From positions 18,104,001 through 18,168,000 of the forward strand of contig NW_027361824.1 of the NCBI RefSeq assembly GCF_039654945.1: a stretch of 64,000 nucleotides of DNA, given 5' to 3'. This stretch comes from Dendrobates tinctorius. Its lineage: Eukaryota. The position numbers and the translations under genes are program-made. The notes beneath the pieces were generated by a model, which saw only the letters and a list, made by a program, of their open reading frames with translations, had not been told where the DNA came from and ran no database searches. Of this stretch, positions 1 to 13,000 are shown piece by piece (position 1 is the first letter of the stretch; the number at the start of each line of letters is the position of its first letter).

Positions 1-1109
1 CACAAGTGACCCCATTTTGGAAACTAGACCCCTCAGAGAATTTATCTAGATGTGTATTGAGCGCCTTGAAACCCCTGGTGGTTCACAGATGTTTATAACA
101 ATGAGCTGTTAAAATAAAAGAAAAAACACATTTTTCCCCACATACATGTTTTTTAGCCACAAATTTTGCATTTTCCCATGGGTAACAGGAGAAAGTAGAC
201 CCCGAATTTTGTTGTCCAATTTCTCTTGAGTCCACCAAATACCCCCTATGTGGTCGAAAACTACTTTTGAGGCACAGTGCAAAGTTCAAAAGGGAAGGAG
301 CTGGTTTGAGGGTGCTATGTCGCATTGGCAGAGCCCCTGAGGTGCCAGAACAGCAGAACCCCCATAAGTGACCCCATCTTACAAACTACACCTCTCAATT
401 AATTCATCTAGGAGTGCAGTGATCATATTGACACCGCAGGTGTGTCACAGAATTTTATACCATTGGGCAGAGAAGAAAAATGAATTTACATTTTTACCAC
501 CAAGATAGTGTGTTAGCCACAAATTTTACATTTTCATACTGGTAAATGGGTAAAAATGGCACCAAAATGTGTCCCACAATTTGTGCTGAATTTGGAAACA
601 CCCCATATATGGCTATAGAGTGCTGCTTAGCCTCTTGGGAGAGACGGAGTGCTATTTGCCTCCTGGAGCCCAGATTTTCCTTGAACAGTTTGTAGATTCC
701 ATATACAGAGCCCCTAATTGCTAGAAGAGCAGAATCCCCCCTCAAGTGACCCCATTTTGGAAATTATACCCCTTTAGGAATTTATCTACAAGTGTAGTGA
801 CAATTTTGACTCCATGGGTGGTCTTCAATAACAAGAAGCAATGAATGTTGCAGAGTGAAAATTGCAAACTGCCCTTGTAGTGACCAGTACGTTGTAGTAA
901 CAACCAGGGCTGTGGAGTTGGAGTCATGGAGTCGGTGCTCATTTTGGTGGAGTCGGTATAAAATGGACCGACTCCTAAAATATATAATAAATTGGGTACA
1001 GTAGTTCAATGCAGAATGTGCTGAATATTTTTTCATAGGAATTTGGGAAAGTTATGAAATGTCCTATAAATGGCTGTTCTATTCCTCCTGATCTTAGGCT
1101 GCATTCACA

Positions 1110-4100
1110 CAAGAACAGGTTCTTGCTATTATAACGGACAATGCTTCACACATGATAAGTACAATTACACTGATGAATGAGAGTAATGAACAGCAGCTGG
1201 AAGAAAACTTAGGATTCAGTATGTTTGAGATGGAAGGCCACAGTGCTGCTCATGTAACTGAGGAACAAACAGATATTACTACAGAAGAACAGCAAAATTA
1301 TACTGTAGAAATAGATGATCTTGTTGAAGCTGCTTCAAAACACTTTCCTATTCATCACATGCGCTGTGTTGTGCACACGCTGCAGCTGGCAATAAGAGAT
1401 AGTCTGCAAGAGGGATATGCTGGAAATCTGATTGGAAAAGTGAGGAAATTGGTTATTGCCGCCAGAACCCCTAAAATTGATTCCATCTTGAAGAGACGTG
1501 CTGGAAAAGGGGCAATTGTCGATCAAGCCACTCGGTGGGGCAGCACTTATTTAATGATTGAGCGATTGCTTGAACTAAAACAGTTTCTTATAGATATGGC
1601 GAACCCTCAGGTAACCCTCAATGAAGGTCAATGGACACAGGTGGCTGAATTGAAGGAATTGCTTACTCACCCATTTACCGTGACTAAAAAATTACAAGCT
1701 GAGGATTTAACTCCTGGCATTTTCATAAGGGAGTGGAAGAACTTGCTATTTTGCCTGTCCCAAAGAGGAGGTTTAATCGCAGATGGCATTGCTGCTACAA
1801 TGAAACGGAGAGAGACACAGCTATTGGAAAATAAAATTTTTCTGGCAGCTGTTTATGTGGACCCAAGTCATCGTATATTGCTGGATGATCAACAGCTTAC
1901 TAAAGGAAAAGAAGCTCTGACTGAGGTAGCAGTTAGGAAGAGTGGCCTACAGGAGGACTCGGGTCCTGACAGTGCTACTGCTGCCATATCTTCATCCTCA
2001 TCAGATGAGGAGTTTGACTTTGACAAATATTTGAATGACATGGAGCAGGCAAAGCGTTGCTCCAAGGAAAAAGATTTCACTCTGTCTCCTATAGCAGCAG
2101 ATTGAACATATTCATCCATTAAATTCATCCATTTTAAGTTTATGCTTAGAACATACAACACTGCCCTTCACCTCTCCAAACAAACCTATTTCAACACCCT
2201 CATCACCTCACTGTCCAATAACCCGAAACGTCTCTTTGACACTTTTCATTCTCTACTCAATCCAAGAGTACAGGCCCCAACCACAGAGCTCCGAGCTGAC
2301 GATTTGGCCAATTACTTCAAAGAAAAAATTGACCAGATCCGACAGGAAATTATCACCAAATCCCCTCATACCATGCACTGTCCTCCCTCCCCCACTGCAT
2401 CTAACTCACTCTCTGATTTTGAACCAGTCACAGAAGAAGAAGTAAGCAGGCTCCTTGCATCTTCTCGCCCAACTACTTGCACCAGTGACCCATTTCCGTC
2501 ACATCTCCTCCAGTCCCTTTCCCCTGCTGTCACCCCTCACCTAACTAAAATATTTAACCTCTCTCTCTCTTCTGGTATTTTTCCCTCCTCATTTAAGCAT
2601 GCCATCATACATCCACTACTTAAAAAACCATCCCTCGACCAAAACTGTGCCGCTAACTATAGACCTGTCTCTAATCTTCCCTTCATCTCTAAACTCCTGG
2701 AACGCCTGGTCCACTCCCGTCTTATCCGCTATCTCTCAGAAAACTCTGTTCTCGACCCTCTCCAATCCGGTTTCCGCTCTTTACACTCCACTGAAACTGC
2801 CCTCACTAAAGTCTCTAATGATCTGCTAACAGCTAAATCAAATGGTCATTACTCCATGCTAATTCTCTTGGATCTCTCTGCAGCATTCGACACTGTGGAT
2901 CATCAGCTCCTCCTCACTATGCTTCATTCCATTGGCCTCAAGGACACCGTTCTCTCCTGGTTCTCCTCCTATCTCTCCGACCGCTCCTTTACTGTTTCTT
3001 TTGCCGGTTCCTCCTCCTCTCACCTTCCCCTTACTGTTGGGGTTCCTCAAGGATCGGTTCTAGTCCCCCTCCTCTTCTCCTTGTACACTGCCCCTATTGG
3101 TCAAACAATCAGTAGATTTGGTTTCCAGTACCATCTCTATGCTGATGACACCCAATTATACGCTTCTTCTCCTGACATCACGACAGCCTTTCTAGAAAAC
3201 ACTGGCGATTGTCTAAACGCTGTGTCTAATATCATGTCCTCACTATATCTGAAACTGAACCTGTCAAAGACTGAACTCCTGGTGTTTCCTCCCGCTACTA
3301 ATGTACCTATACCCGACATTGCTATTTCTGTGTGTGGTTCCACTATTACTCCCCAGCAACATGCCCGCTGTCTTGGGGTCATACTTGATTCCGAGCTTTC
3401 CTTTGCCCCCCACATTCGATCACTGGCTCGCTCTTGTCATCTGCACCTCAAAAACATTTCTAGAATTTGACCTTTTCTTACTTTTGACTCTGCAAAAACT
3501 CTTACTGTTTCTCTTATTCATTCTCGTCTCGACTATTGTAACTCTCTTCTAATCGGTCTCCCTCTTACCAAACTCTCCCCTCTCCAATCTGTCTTGAATG
3601 CTGCAGCCAGGATCATATTCCTCACCAATCGTTACACCGATGCCTCTACCTTGTGCCAGTCATTACACTGGCTACCCATCCACTCCAGAATTCAGTATAA
3701 ACTTATTACCCTCACCCACAAAGCCCTCCATGGCTCAGCACCACCCTACATCTCCTCCCTTGTTTCAGTATACCACCCTACCCGCGCCCTCCGTTCTGCT
3801 GATGACCTGAGGTTAGTATCCTCAATAGTCAGAACCTCCCACTCCCGTCTCCAAGACTTTACACGTGCTGCGTCAATTCTTTGGAATGCACTTCCCAGGT
3901 CAATACGATTAGTCCCCAATCCCCACAATTTTAAGCGTGTCCTGAAAACGCATTTATTCAGACTGGCCTATCGCCTCAACACATTAACCTAACCTATCCC
4001 TGTGTGGCAGAGCCAAAAGTTTTACCATAACCAGGTTCCCAGCATCATGTTCCCACATGCTTTATGCATCCATTAGCCCTCTGTGTCTGTACTGTTACAC

Positions 4101-4604
4101 ACTTAACATTATGGCTGGTCCATACAATCAGGGCAACTGTTACCACCCACCTTTCGTGTCTACCTCTTTCCTCATAGACTGTAAGCTTGCGAGCAGGGCC
4201 CTCATTCCTCTTGTTATTTGTTATAATCTACTGTATGTGATTATTGTTATGCTGTAATGTCTATTGTCTGTACAAATCCCCTCTGAAATGTAAAGTGCTG
4301 CGGAATATGTCGGCGCTATAAAAATAAAATTTATTATTAATTATTATTATTTCAGCAAAATGTTTCACTTGCTCTCAAAGAAATAGAAAAATTCAACGGT
4401 TCATCAAAACTGACTGTGTATGAGGCAATTCCTTTATACCCGGAAATTGTTAGAGATGTTGCCCATGTGGTTACGGCTTTGCCTCCAACCCAAGTTACTG
4501 TAGAGAGGTTGTTCTCTGGCCTTAAAATTATTAGGTCAGATGTGAGGTCATCTATGAAGGAGGATGTGATGGAGGCAATTCTATTTCTTAGGACAAATTC
4601 ATAG
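1110..4604 (+). pseudogene. hAT transposase remnant (1110-2105 and 4350-4604)
   Basis: Motifs ITDNASHM, MRCVVHTLQL, TRWGSTYLMIERL and C-terminal dimerisation-type PPTQVTVERLFS. N-terminal half missing; split by the L2. Confidence 0.88.
2110..4350 (+). mobile_element. 5'-truncated L2-clade LINE, nearly intact ORF2 RT plus 3' UTR
   Basis: RT motifs [37 protein letters not shown]. 2142-3992 is one frame with a single TGA at 3468. 3' end ...GGCGCTATAAAAATAAA followed by (TTA)n. Confidence 0.95.
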
Positions 4605-4676
4605 ACTGCACAAATGTTATTTAGTACGTTTTGTTGAAAACTGTTTTTTGCCACTTACATAGTTCATTACATAGTG

Positions 4677-4745
4677 TTATATATATATATACACACACAT
4701 ATATATATATATATATATACACACACATACTATATATATATATAA
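4677..4745. repeat. (TA)n/(CA)n microsatellite inside the hAT 3' region
   Basis: Direct reading of the sequence. Confidence 0.9.
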
Positions 4746-5449
4746 GCGATATTACATAGTGTATTACATATTTACAATTTATTACAGTTTTTTGTGTTCT
4801 AAAGTTGTATTCCAATAAATATATATTATGTTCTACCTAAATATCTTGATTATTGGATCATAGAAATGATTAAATGTCTGATGTTCACATTGTACTGCAA
4901 TAAATTTTTCACTAAAATATAAGCAATATATGTGGGAGTCGGAGTCGTGGAGTCGGTGTAAGGGAAATTGAGGAGTCGGAGTCGCAGGTTTGGCTTACCG
5001 ACTCCACAGCCCTGGTAGTAACCAGTATATTATGCCCAGATCATGCTTCTGGAGACACGCACCTGTAAATTAGACGGGCTCTCATCACTACAGAAATGCC
5101 AAACATGTGGGCGCTAAATGTGATTTAGGCACACTGGGGCTCAGAAAAGTGGGAGGTATTTGGATTTGGGGGGGCACACAATTTACTGAATGTCTTTCGA
5201 GGGGCGAGGAGCCATTTTGCTTTTCTAGAGCCTTTGTACTAACAGTAATGTGGAAGCCCCCGATATTTCCGTTAACAGATGACAGACCTGAGTGGGGACT
5301 CTATATGTGGTTTAGGCACACTGGGGCTAGAAGGGAGGGGGGGCAATTGGATTTAGGAGTGGAGAATTTGTTGAATTTATTTTGGTGGGCGAGGAGCCAT
5401 TTCGCTTTTCTACAGCCTTTGTGCGACCAGTAATGTGTAAGCCCCCTAT

Positions 5450-6185
5450 ATGCATTAAAAGAGGCATAGATGCTCATGAGGAGAACATAATTTTACCTCT
5501 ATATAAGTCACCAGTGCGACCACACTTAGAATACTGTGTACAGTTCTGGTCTCTGGTGTATAAGAAAGACATAGCTGAACTGGAGCGGGTGCAGAGAAGA
5601 GCGGCCAAGGTTATTAGGGAACTGGGGGGTCTGCAATACCAAGACAGGTTATTACACTTGGGGTTATTTAGTTTGGAGAATCGAAGGCTTAGGGATGATC
5701 TTATTACAATGTATAAATATATGTGGGGACAATACCAAGAGCTTTCTAATGATCTTTTTACTCTTAGACCTGTGACGGGGACAAGGGGGCATCCTCTACG
5801 TCTGGAGGAAAGAAGGTTTAAGCATAATAACAGACGCGGATTCTTTACTGTAAGAGCAGTGAGACTATGGAACTCTCTGCCATATGATGTTGTAATGAGT
5901 GATTCCCTACTAAAATTTAAGAAGGGACTGGATGCCTTTCTTGGAAAGTATAATATTACAGGGTATATACACTAGTTTCCTTAATATTGCGTTGATCCAG
6001 GGAGCTAGTCTGATTGCCGTATGTGGAGTCGGGAAGGAATTTTTTTCCCCAATGTGAAGCTTACTGTTTGACACATGGGTTTTTTTTGCCTTCCTCTGGA
6101 TCAACATGTTAGGGCAGGTTAGGATATGGGTTGAACTAGATGGACTTAAAGTCTCCCTTCAACCTTAATAACTATGTTACTATGT
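5450..6185 (+). mobile_element. 5'-truncated CR1 LINE (ORF2 C-terminus plus 3' UTR)
   Basis: LYKSPVRPHLEYCVQFWS...LERVQRRA...LGLFSLENRRLRDDLI...TRGHPLRL...FFTVRAVRLWNSLP, with an ACTATGTT-type 3' tail. Interrupts host sequence GCCCCCTATA|TTTCC, whose uninterrupted paralog is near 5255-5270. Confidence 0.93.
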
Positions 6186-6271
6186 ATATTTCCATGGACA
6201 GATGACAGACCTAAGTGCGGACTTGCTTTTTAGCAGACTGATTTGAAGCTTTTATAGTGAAAATTTTGGGA

Positions 6272-6655
6272 TTACATTTATCTGGTGCTCTACGCTGAGC
6301 ACTTACTTTGGGGTTTCCATCTCAATCTCTGTGACGTGATTCGGGTGAAACCCCTGAGGAATGTATTCACTATAATGAAACATCAGAGTTACTTTGGACT
6401 CCATCTGGCCTCTGTTCCGCAGTATCCTTCTTTTCAGAAGGGCACAAAACTGTGGTCGACCACACTTATATGCAATCCTAAAAAGACAGACACCGTCAGA
6501 TCACAGGTCAGATGGCGTCCACAGTGCATTCATCTGTTTCATTAAAGGGAATCTTCTGCCAGAGGTTCCTTCTAAATCACATATTTTAGAGATTTACATG
6601 GATACCCGAATGTAAGCGCTCAGCGTGGAGCGCAGGATAAATGTGCGTCGAGCCT
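6272..6655. mobile_element. Old palindromic MITE-like segment
   Basis: ACATTTATCTGGTGCTCTACGCTGAGCACTTAC (~6273) is an imperfect inverted repeat of GTAAGCGCTCAGCGTGGAGCGCAGGATAAATGT (~6612). Confidence 0.6.
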
Positions 6656-7913
6656 TACTGCGATCTCTGGGAGGCAGACTGAACAAATCAACAGCAGGTG
6701 AAGAATTTGTTTTATTTTTTACACCATTCCTCGTGCAGTATAAGTGATTAGGCGACTTTATTCTTTGGGTCGGTGCGATTACAGCGATACCAGCTTTATA
6801 TCGAATTTTTATATTTGGCTGCTGTCACACCAAGATGCTTTTTATTGCAAAAACTAGTTTTTGCATCGCCATATTTAGACAGCTATAATTTTTCCATATT
6901 TCGGCTGACAGAGTCATGTGAGGGCTTGTTTTTGCGGGACAAGTTGATATTTTTATTGGCACAATTTTTAAGCACATGACATTTTTTGATCGCTTCCTAT
7001 TCCAATTTTTGGGAGGTAGAATGAACAAAAATCAGCAATTCAGGAATTGTTTTTGGAGCTTTTTTATGCCGTTTCACGTGTGGTAAAATTGATAAGGCAG
7101 CTTTATTATTCGAGTCAGTACGATTACAGCGATAACACAGTTTTATCAATTTTTATGTTTTAGCGCTTTTACACAATTAAAACTATTTTATAGAAAAAAA
7201 ATATTAATTTTTATCGCTTTATTCTGAGCCAGAACTTTTTTTTATATACGGCACATGTCGGGTGGGGTTTAATAGCCTGGGAAGCTCCATGGGTATTACC
7301 CCCTTGCCAAGCTATAAACATTTGGCCCTAGCTGTCTGCTTTCCCTATGCTGGGGTTAGTAAAATGTTGGGGGAACAAACTCCATTGTTTCCAGAAAATA
7401 ATTTAGTAAGTAAAAAAATACACATACAGTAAACTACAGAAGCACTGTATTAATTATATGTGTCACTGAGATCTTTATATCGAAATATTCTATGTATATA
7501 TATCTCTTCTATTCTAACCTGTCACGCTGTGATTTCACTGTACGCGGCAGATGAATTGCCGACTTTTCAAAGGACATCGGGTGTGTAAACATCGGTCGGC
7601 ACTCGCATGGTCCGAGTGCTTAGTGTTTTTTTTCTCGCACCCATAGGCTTGCATTGGCGAGTCTCGTCCGAGATACAAGGCCACTCGCAGCTTGATGCCA
7701 TTTTTTTTCTCATCCACATCTGAGCTGAGAATAAAAATCACAGACGAGCAGGAACGCATAGATTACCAATGGTCAGAGCGCAATACGATTTTTTATCAGA
7801 CTGCTTTTGTTCGTTTCCTCGCAGACGAATATGAGCCCTTAGGGTGAAACCAGTATTGTCGTAAGCAGAGAAGCAAGCTGTACCCAACCGGGTATGATGA
7901 GCAGCGCTCCTAC

Positions 7914-8057
7914 CCTTATGTGGCAGGATCTCAGGATGGCGCCTGATGTAGTCAAACATTTCCTGATCCTTCTTGGCGTATCTGTAATTCTCGTATTTGG
8001 TCAGGTGGTACCCAATGAAGACCCCAATGGTGGTGTAGAGGATCTGGCGGTGAACAC
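7914..8057 (-). CDS. NDUFC2: NDUFC2 coding exon 2 (exon 3 not found, presumably left of the window)
   Basis: CAG acceptor (8060..8058), 144 nt, GTAGG donor. Encodes GVHRQILYTTIGVFIGYHLTKYENYRYAKKDQEMFDYIRRHPEILPHK, in phase with exon 1. Confidence 0.92.
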
Positions 8058-8183
8058 CTGGTATACAGATGACAAGAATAGAAGAGTCAGAGCTGATACA
8101 TTGTAACAGTAGGGGGTCAACAATAAACTGCAGCATTATATTGGGGTCTCTGGTAATGGGGTGCCCGAATATGGCAGCGTTTG

Positions 8184-8348
8184 CTCCAGGACTCTGGATT
8201 CGGAATAAAATAGACAGACTCCTAAAATACATAATAAATTGGGTACAGTAGATCAGTGCCGGATGTGCTGTGTTTCCACAAGAATTTTGGTAAATGTCTG
8301 TTCTATTCCTGTTCTAAGGATCTCAGCATTTAGTTGAGATGAATCTGT
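8184..8348 (+). mobile_element. Degenerate 5' end of a second hAT copy, same family as 905-5014
   Basis: CAGGACTCTGGATTCGGAATAAAATAGACAGACTCCTAAAATACATAATAAATTGGGTACAGTAG...CTGTTCTATTCCT aligns by eye with 905-1090. Confidence 0.8.
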
Positions 8349-10084
8349 GCTCAGTGGCGAGCCAGTGCTGCACCCTACGCACCCGCTCAGTGGCAATCCA
8401 GTGCAGCACCCTACGTACCCGCTCAGTGGCGAGCCAGTGCTGCACCCTACGCACCCGCTCAGTGGCGAGCCAGTGCTGCACCCTACGCACCCGCTCAGTG
8501 GCGAGCCAGTGCTGCACCCGCTCAGTGGCGAGCCAGTGCTGCACCCTACGCACCCGCTCAGTGGCGAGCCAGTGCTGCACCCTAAGCACCCGCTCAGTGG
8601 CGAGCCAGGGCTGCACCCTAAGCACCCGCTCAGTGGCGAGCCAGGGCTGCACCCTACGCACCCGCTCAGTGGCGAGCCAGGGCTGCACCCTACGCACCCG
8701 CTCAGTGGCGAGCCAGGGCTGCACCCTACGCACCCGCTCAGTGGCGAGCCAGGGCTGCACCCTACGCACCCGCTCAGTGGCGAGCCAGGGCTGCACCCTA
8801 CGCACCCGCTCAGTGGCGAGCCAGGGCTGCACCCTACGCACCCGCTCAGTGGCGAGCCAGGGCTGCACCCTACGCACCCGCTCAGTGGCGAGCCAGGGCT
8901 GCACCCTACGCACCCGCTCAGTGGCGAGCCAGGGCTGCACCCTACGCACCCGCTCAGTGGCGAGCCAGGGCTGCACCCTACGCACCCGCTCAGTGGCGAG
9001 CCAGGGCTGCACCCTACGCACCCGCTCAGTGGCGAGCCAGTGCTGCACCCTACGCACCCGCTCAGTGGCGAGCCAGTGCTGCACCCTACGCACCCGCTCA
9101 GTGGCGAGCCAGTGCTGCACCCTACGCACCCGCTCAGTGGCGAGCCAGTGCTGCACCCTACGCACCCGCTCAGTGGCGAGCCAGTGCTGCACCCTACGCA
9201 CCCGCTCAGTGGCGAGCCAGTGCTGCACCCTACGCACACGCTCAGTGGCGAGCCAGTGCTGCACCCTACGCACACGCTCAGTGGCGAGCCAGTGCTGCAC
9301 CCTACGCACACGCTCAGTGGCGAGCCAGTGCTGCACCCTACGCACACGCTCAGTGGCGAGCCAGTGCTGCACCCTACGCACACGCTCAGTGGCGAGCCAG
9401 TGCTGCACCCTACGCACACGCTCAGTGGCGAGCCAGTGCTGCACCTTACGCACACGCTCAGTGGCGAGCCAGTGCTGCACCCTACGCACACGCTCAGTGG
9501 CGAGCCAGTGCTGCACCCTACGCACATGCTCAGTGGCGAGCTCTACGCACACGCTCAGTGGCGAGCCAGTGCTGCACTCTACGCACACGCTCAGTGGCGA
9601 GCCAGTGCTGCACTCTACGCACACGCTCAGTGGCGAGCCAGTGCTGCACTCTACGCACACGCTCAGTGGCGAGCCAGTGCTGCACTCTACGCACACGCTC
9701 AGTGGCGAGCCAGTGCTGCACTCTACGCACACGCTCAGTGGCGAGCCAGTGCTGCACTCTATGCACACGCTCAGTGGTGAGCCAGTGCTGCACTCTATGC
9801 ACACGCTCAGTGGTGAGCCAGTGCTGCACTCTATGCACACGCTCAGTGGTGAGCCAGTGCTGCACTCTATGCACACGCTCAGTGGTGAGCCAGTGCTGCA
9901 CTCTATGCACACGCTCAGTGGTGAGCCAGTGCTGCACTCTATGCACACGCTCAGTGGTGAGCCAGTGCTGCACTCTATGCACACGCTCAGTGGTGAGCCA
10001 GTGCTGCACTCTATGCACACGCTCAGTGGTGAGCCAGTGCTGCACTCTATGCACACGCTCAGTGGTGAGCCAGTGCTGCACTCT
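8349..10084. repeat. 36-bp CpG-rich minisatellite, ~48 copies
   Basis: Unit CTCAGTGGYGAGCCAGKGCTGCACYCTAYGCACMCG; 12-aa periodicity in all ORFs across it. Confidence 0.97.
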
Positions 10085-13000
10085 GTACAGTATGAGGACT
10101 GGGTGATGTGTATATGGGGGGCACTATCACAGTATTGGGGGTTACAGGGGTACAGTATGAGGACTGGGTGATGTGTATATGGGGGGCACTATCACAGTAT
10201 TGGGGGTTACAGGGTACAGTGTGAGGACTGGGTGATGTGTATATGGGGGGCACTATCACAGTATTGGGGGTTACAGGGTACAGTGTACAAACTGGGTGAT
10301 ATGTATATAGGGGGTACGATGACAGTATTGGGGTTACAGGGGTACAGTATGAGGACTGGGTGATGTGTATATGGGGGCACTATCAATATTGGGGGTTACA
10401 GGGGTACAGTATGAGGACTGGGTGATGTGCATATGGGGGGCACTATCACAGTATTGGGGGTTACAGGGGTACAGTATGAGGACTGGGTGATGTGTATATG
10501 GGGGCACTATCACAGTATTGGGGGTTACAGGGGTACAGTATGAGGACTGGGTGATGTGTATATGGGGGCACTATAACAGTATTGGGGGTTACAGGGTACA
10601 GTATGAGGACTGGGTGATGTGTATATGGGGGGCACTATCAGTACTGGGGGTTACAGGGTACAGTATGAGGACTGGGTGATGTGTATATGGGGGCACTATA
10701 ACAGTATTGGGGGTTACAGGGGTACAGTATGAGGACTGGGTGATGTGTATATGGGGGCACTATAACAGTATTGGGGGTTACAGGGTACAGTGTGAGGACT
10801 GGGTGATGTGTATATGGGGGCACTATAACAGTATTGGGGGTTACAGGGTACAGTATGAGGACTGGGTGATGTGTATATGGGGGCACTATAACAGTATTGG
10901 GGGTTACAGGGTACAGTATGAGGACTGGGTGATGTGTATATGGGGGCACTATCACAGTATTGGGGGTTACACGGGTACAGTGTGAGGGCTGGGTGATGTG
11001 TATATGGGGGGCACTACCACAGTATTGGGGGTTACAGGGGTACAGTGTGAGGGCTGGGTGATGTGTATATGGAGGGCACTATCACAGTATTGGGGGTTAC
11101 AGGGTACAGTATGAGGACTGGGTGATGTGTATATGGGGGCACTATCACAGTATTGGGGGTTACACGGGTACAGTGTGAGGGCTGGGTGATGTGTATATGG
11201 GGGGCACTACCACAGTATTGGGGGTTACAGGGGTACAGTGTGAGGGCTGGGTGATGTGTATATGGGGGGCACTATCACAGTATTGGGGGTTACACGGGTA
11301 CAGTGTGAGGGCTGGGTGATGTGTATATGGGGGGCACTACCACAGTATTGGGGAGTTACAGGGGTACAGTATGAGGACTGGGTGATGTGTATATGGGGGG
11401 CACTATCACAGTATTGGGGGTTACAGGGTACAGTATGAGGACTTGGTGATGTGTATATGGGGGGCACTATCACAGTATTGGGTGTTACAGGGGTACAGTA
11501 TGAGGGCTGGGTGATGTGTATATGGGGGGCACTATCAGTATTGGGGGTTACAGGGGTACAGTATGAGGACTGGGTGATGTGTATATGGGGACACTATCAG
11601 TATTGGGGGTTACAGGGGTACAGTATGAGGGCTGGGTGATGTGTATATGGGGGGCACTATCACAGTATTGGGGGTTACAGGGGTACAGTATGAGGGCTGG
11701 GTGATGTGTATGTGGGGGGCACTATCAGTATTGGGGGTTACAGGGGTACAGTATGAGGACTGGGTGATGTGTATATGGGGGCATTATCACAGTATTAGGG
11801 GTTACAGGGGTACAGTATGAGGGCTGGGTGATGTGTATATGGGGGGCACTATCACAGTATTGGGGGTTACAGGGTACAGTATGAGGACTGGGTGATGTGT
11901 ATATGGGGACACTATCAGTATTGGGGGTTACAGGGATACAGTATGAGGGCTGGGTGATGTGTATATGGGGGGCACTATCACAGTATTGGGGGTTACAGGG
12001 TACAGTATGAGGACTGGGTGATGTGTATATGGGGGCACTATCACAGTATTGGGGAGTTACAGGGGTACAGTATGAGGACTGGGTGATGTGTATATGGGGG
12101 CACTATCACAGTATTGGGGGTTACAGGGGTACAGTATGAGGACTGGGTGATGTGTATATGGGGGCACTATCACAGTATTGGGGGTTACACGGGTACAGTG
12201 AGAGGGCTGGGTGATGTGTATATGGGGGGCACTACCACAGTATTGGGGGTTACAGGGGTACAGTGTGAGGGCTGGGTGATGTGTATATGGGGGCACTATC
12301 ACAGTATTGGGGAGTTACAGGGGTACAGTATGAGGACTGGGTGATGTGTATATGGGGGGCACTATCACAGTATTGGGGGTTACAGGGTACAGTATGAGGA
12401 CTTGGTGATGTGTATATGGGGGGCACTATCACAGTATTGGGTGTTACAGGGGTACAGTATGAGGGCTGGGTGATGTGTATATGGGGGGCACTATCAGTAT
12501 TGGGGGTTACAGGGGTACAGTATGAGGACTGGGTGATGTGTATATGGGGGCATTATCACAGTATTGGGGGTTACAGGGGTACAGTATGAGGGCTGGGTGA
12601 TGTGTATATGGGGGGCAATATCACAGTATTGGGGGTTACAGGGGTTCAGTATGAGGGCTGGGTGATGTGTATATGGGGGGCACTATCACAGTATTGGGGG
12701 TTACAGGGGTACAGTATGAGGGCTGGGTGATGTGTATGTGGGGGGCACTATCAGTATTGGGGGTTACAGGGGTACAGTATGAGGACTGGGTGATGTGTAT
12801 ATGGGGGCATTATCACAGTATTGGGGGTTACAGGGGTACAGTATGAGGGCTGGGTGATGTGTATATGGGGGGCACTATCACAGTATTGGGGGTTACAGGG
12901 TACAGTATGAGGACTGGGTGATGTGTATATGGGGACACTATCAGTATTGGGGGTTACAGGGTACAGTATGAGGGCTGGGTGATGTGTATATGGGGGGCAC

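Larger units (their letters stand above)
905..5014 (+). mobile_element. hAT DNA transposon, internally deleted and interrupted by an L2
   Basis: TIRs CAGGGCTGTGGAGT(T/C)GG...CCGACTCCACAGCCCTG, subterminal GGAGTC repeats, 8-bp TSD GTAGTAAC (894-901 plus a 3-bp AAC slip; 5015-5022). Confidence 0.92.
1..7250. mobile_element. Large non-autonomous DNA transposon (probably piggyBac-like) hosting hAT, CR1 and MITE insertions
   Basis: ~370-bp subrepeats starting AAGTGACCCCATYTT near 4, 366 and 744. Host sequence resumes after the hAT TSD (5015) and after the CR1 (6186). 6850-7200 resembles the TTAA-flanked element at 36558-41600. Termini not identified. Confidence 0.5.

Noticed and set aside
1152-2105. 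Intact or domesticated 317-aa hAT/ZBED gene
   Set aside because: It lacks the N-terminus, is separated from its C-terminus by an L2, and still has TIRs and a TSD.
7738-8232. 164-aa ORF as a stand-alone or retroposed NDUFC2
   Set aside because: Only the 144-nt AG/GT-bounded core is NDUFC2-like; the flanks are intronic read-through.
8253-10171. 424-610-aa Cys-rich or periodic ORFs on both strands (metallothionein- or keratin-associated-like)
   Set aside because: They are translations of a 36-bp unit lacking stops in several frames, intronic to NDUFC2, with no unique coding sequence.
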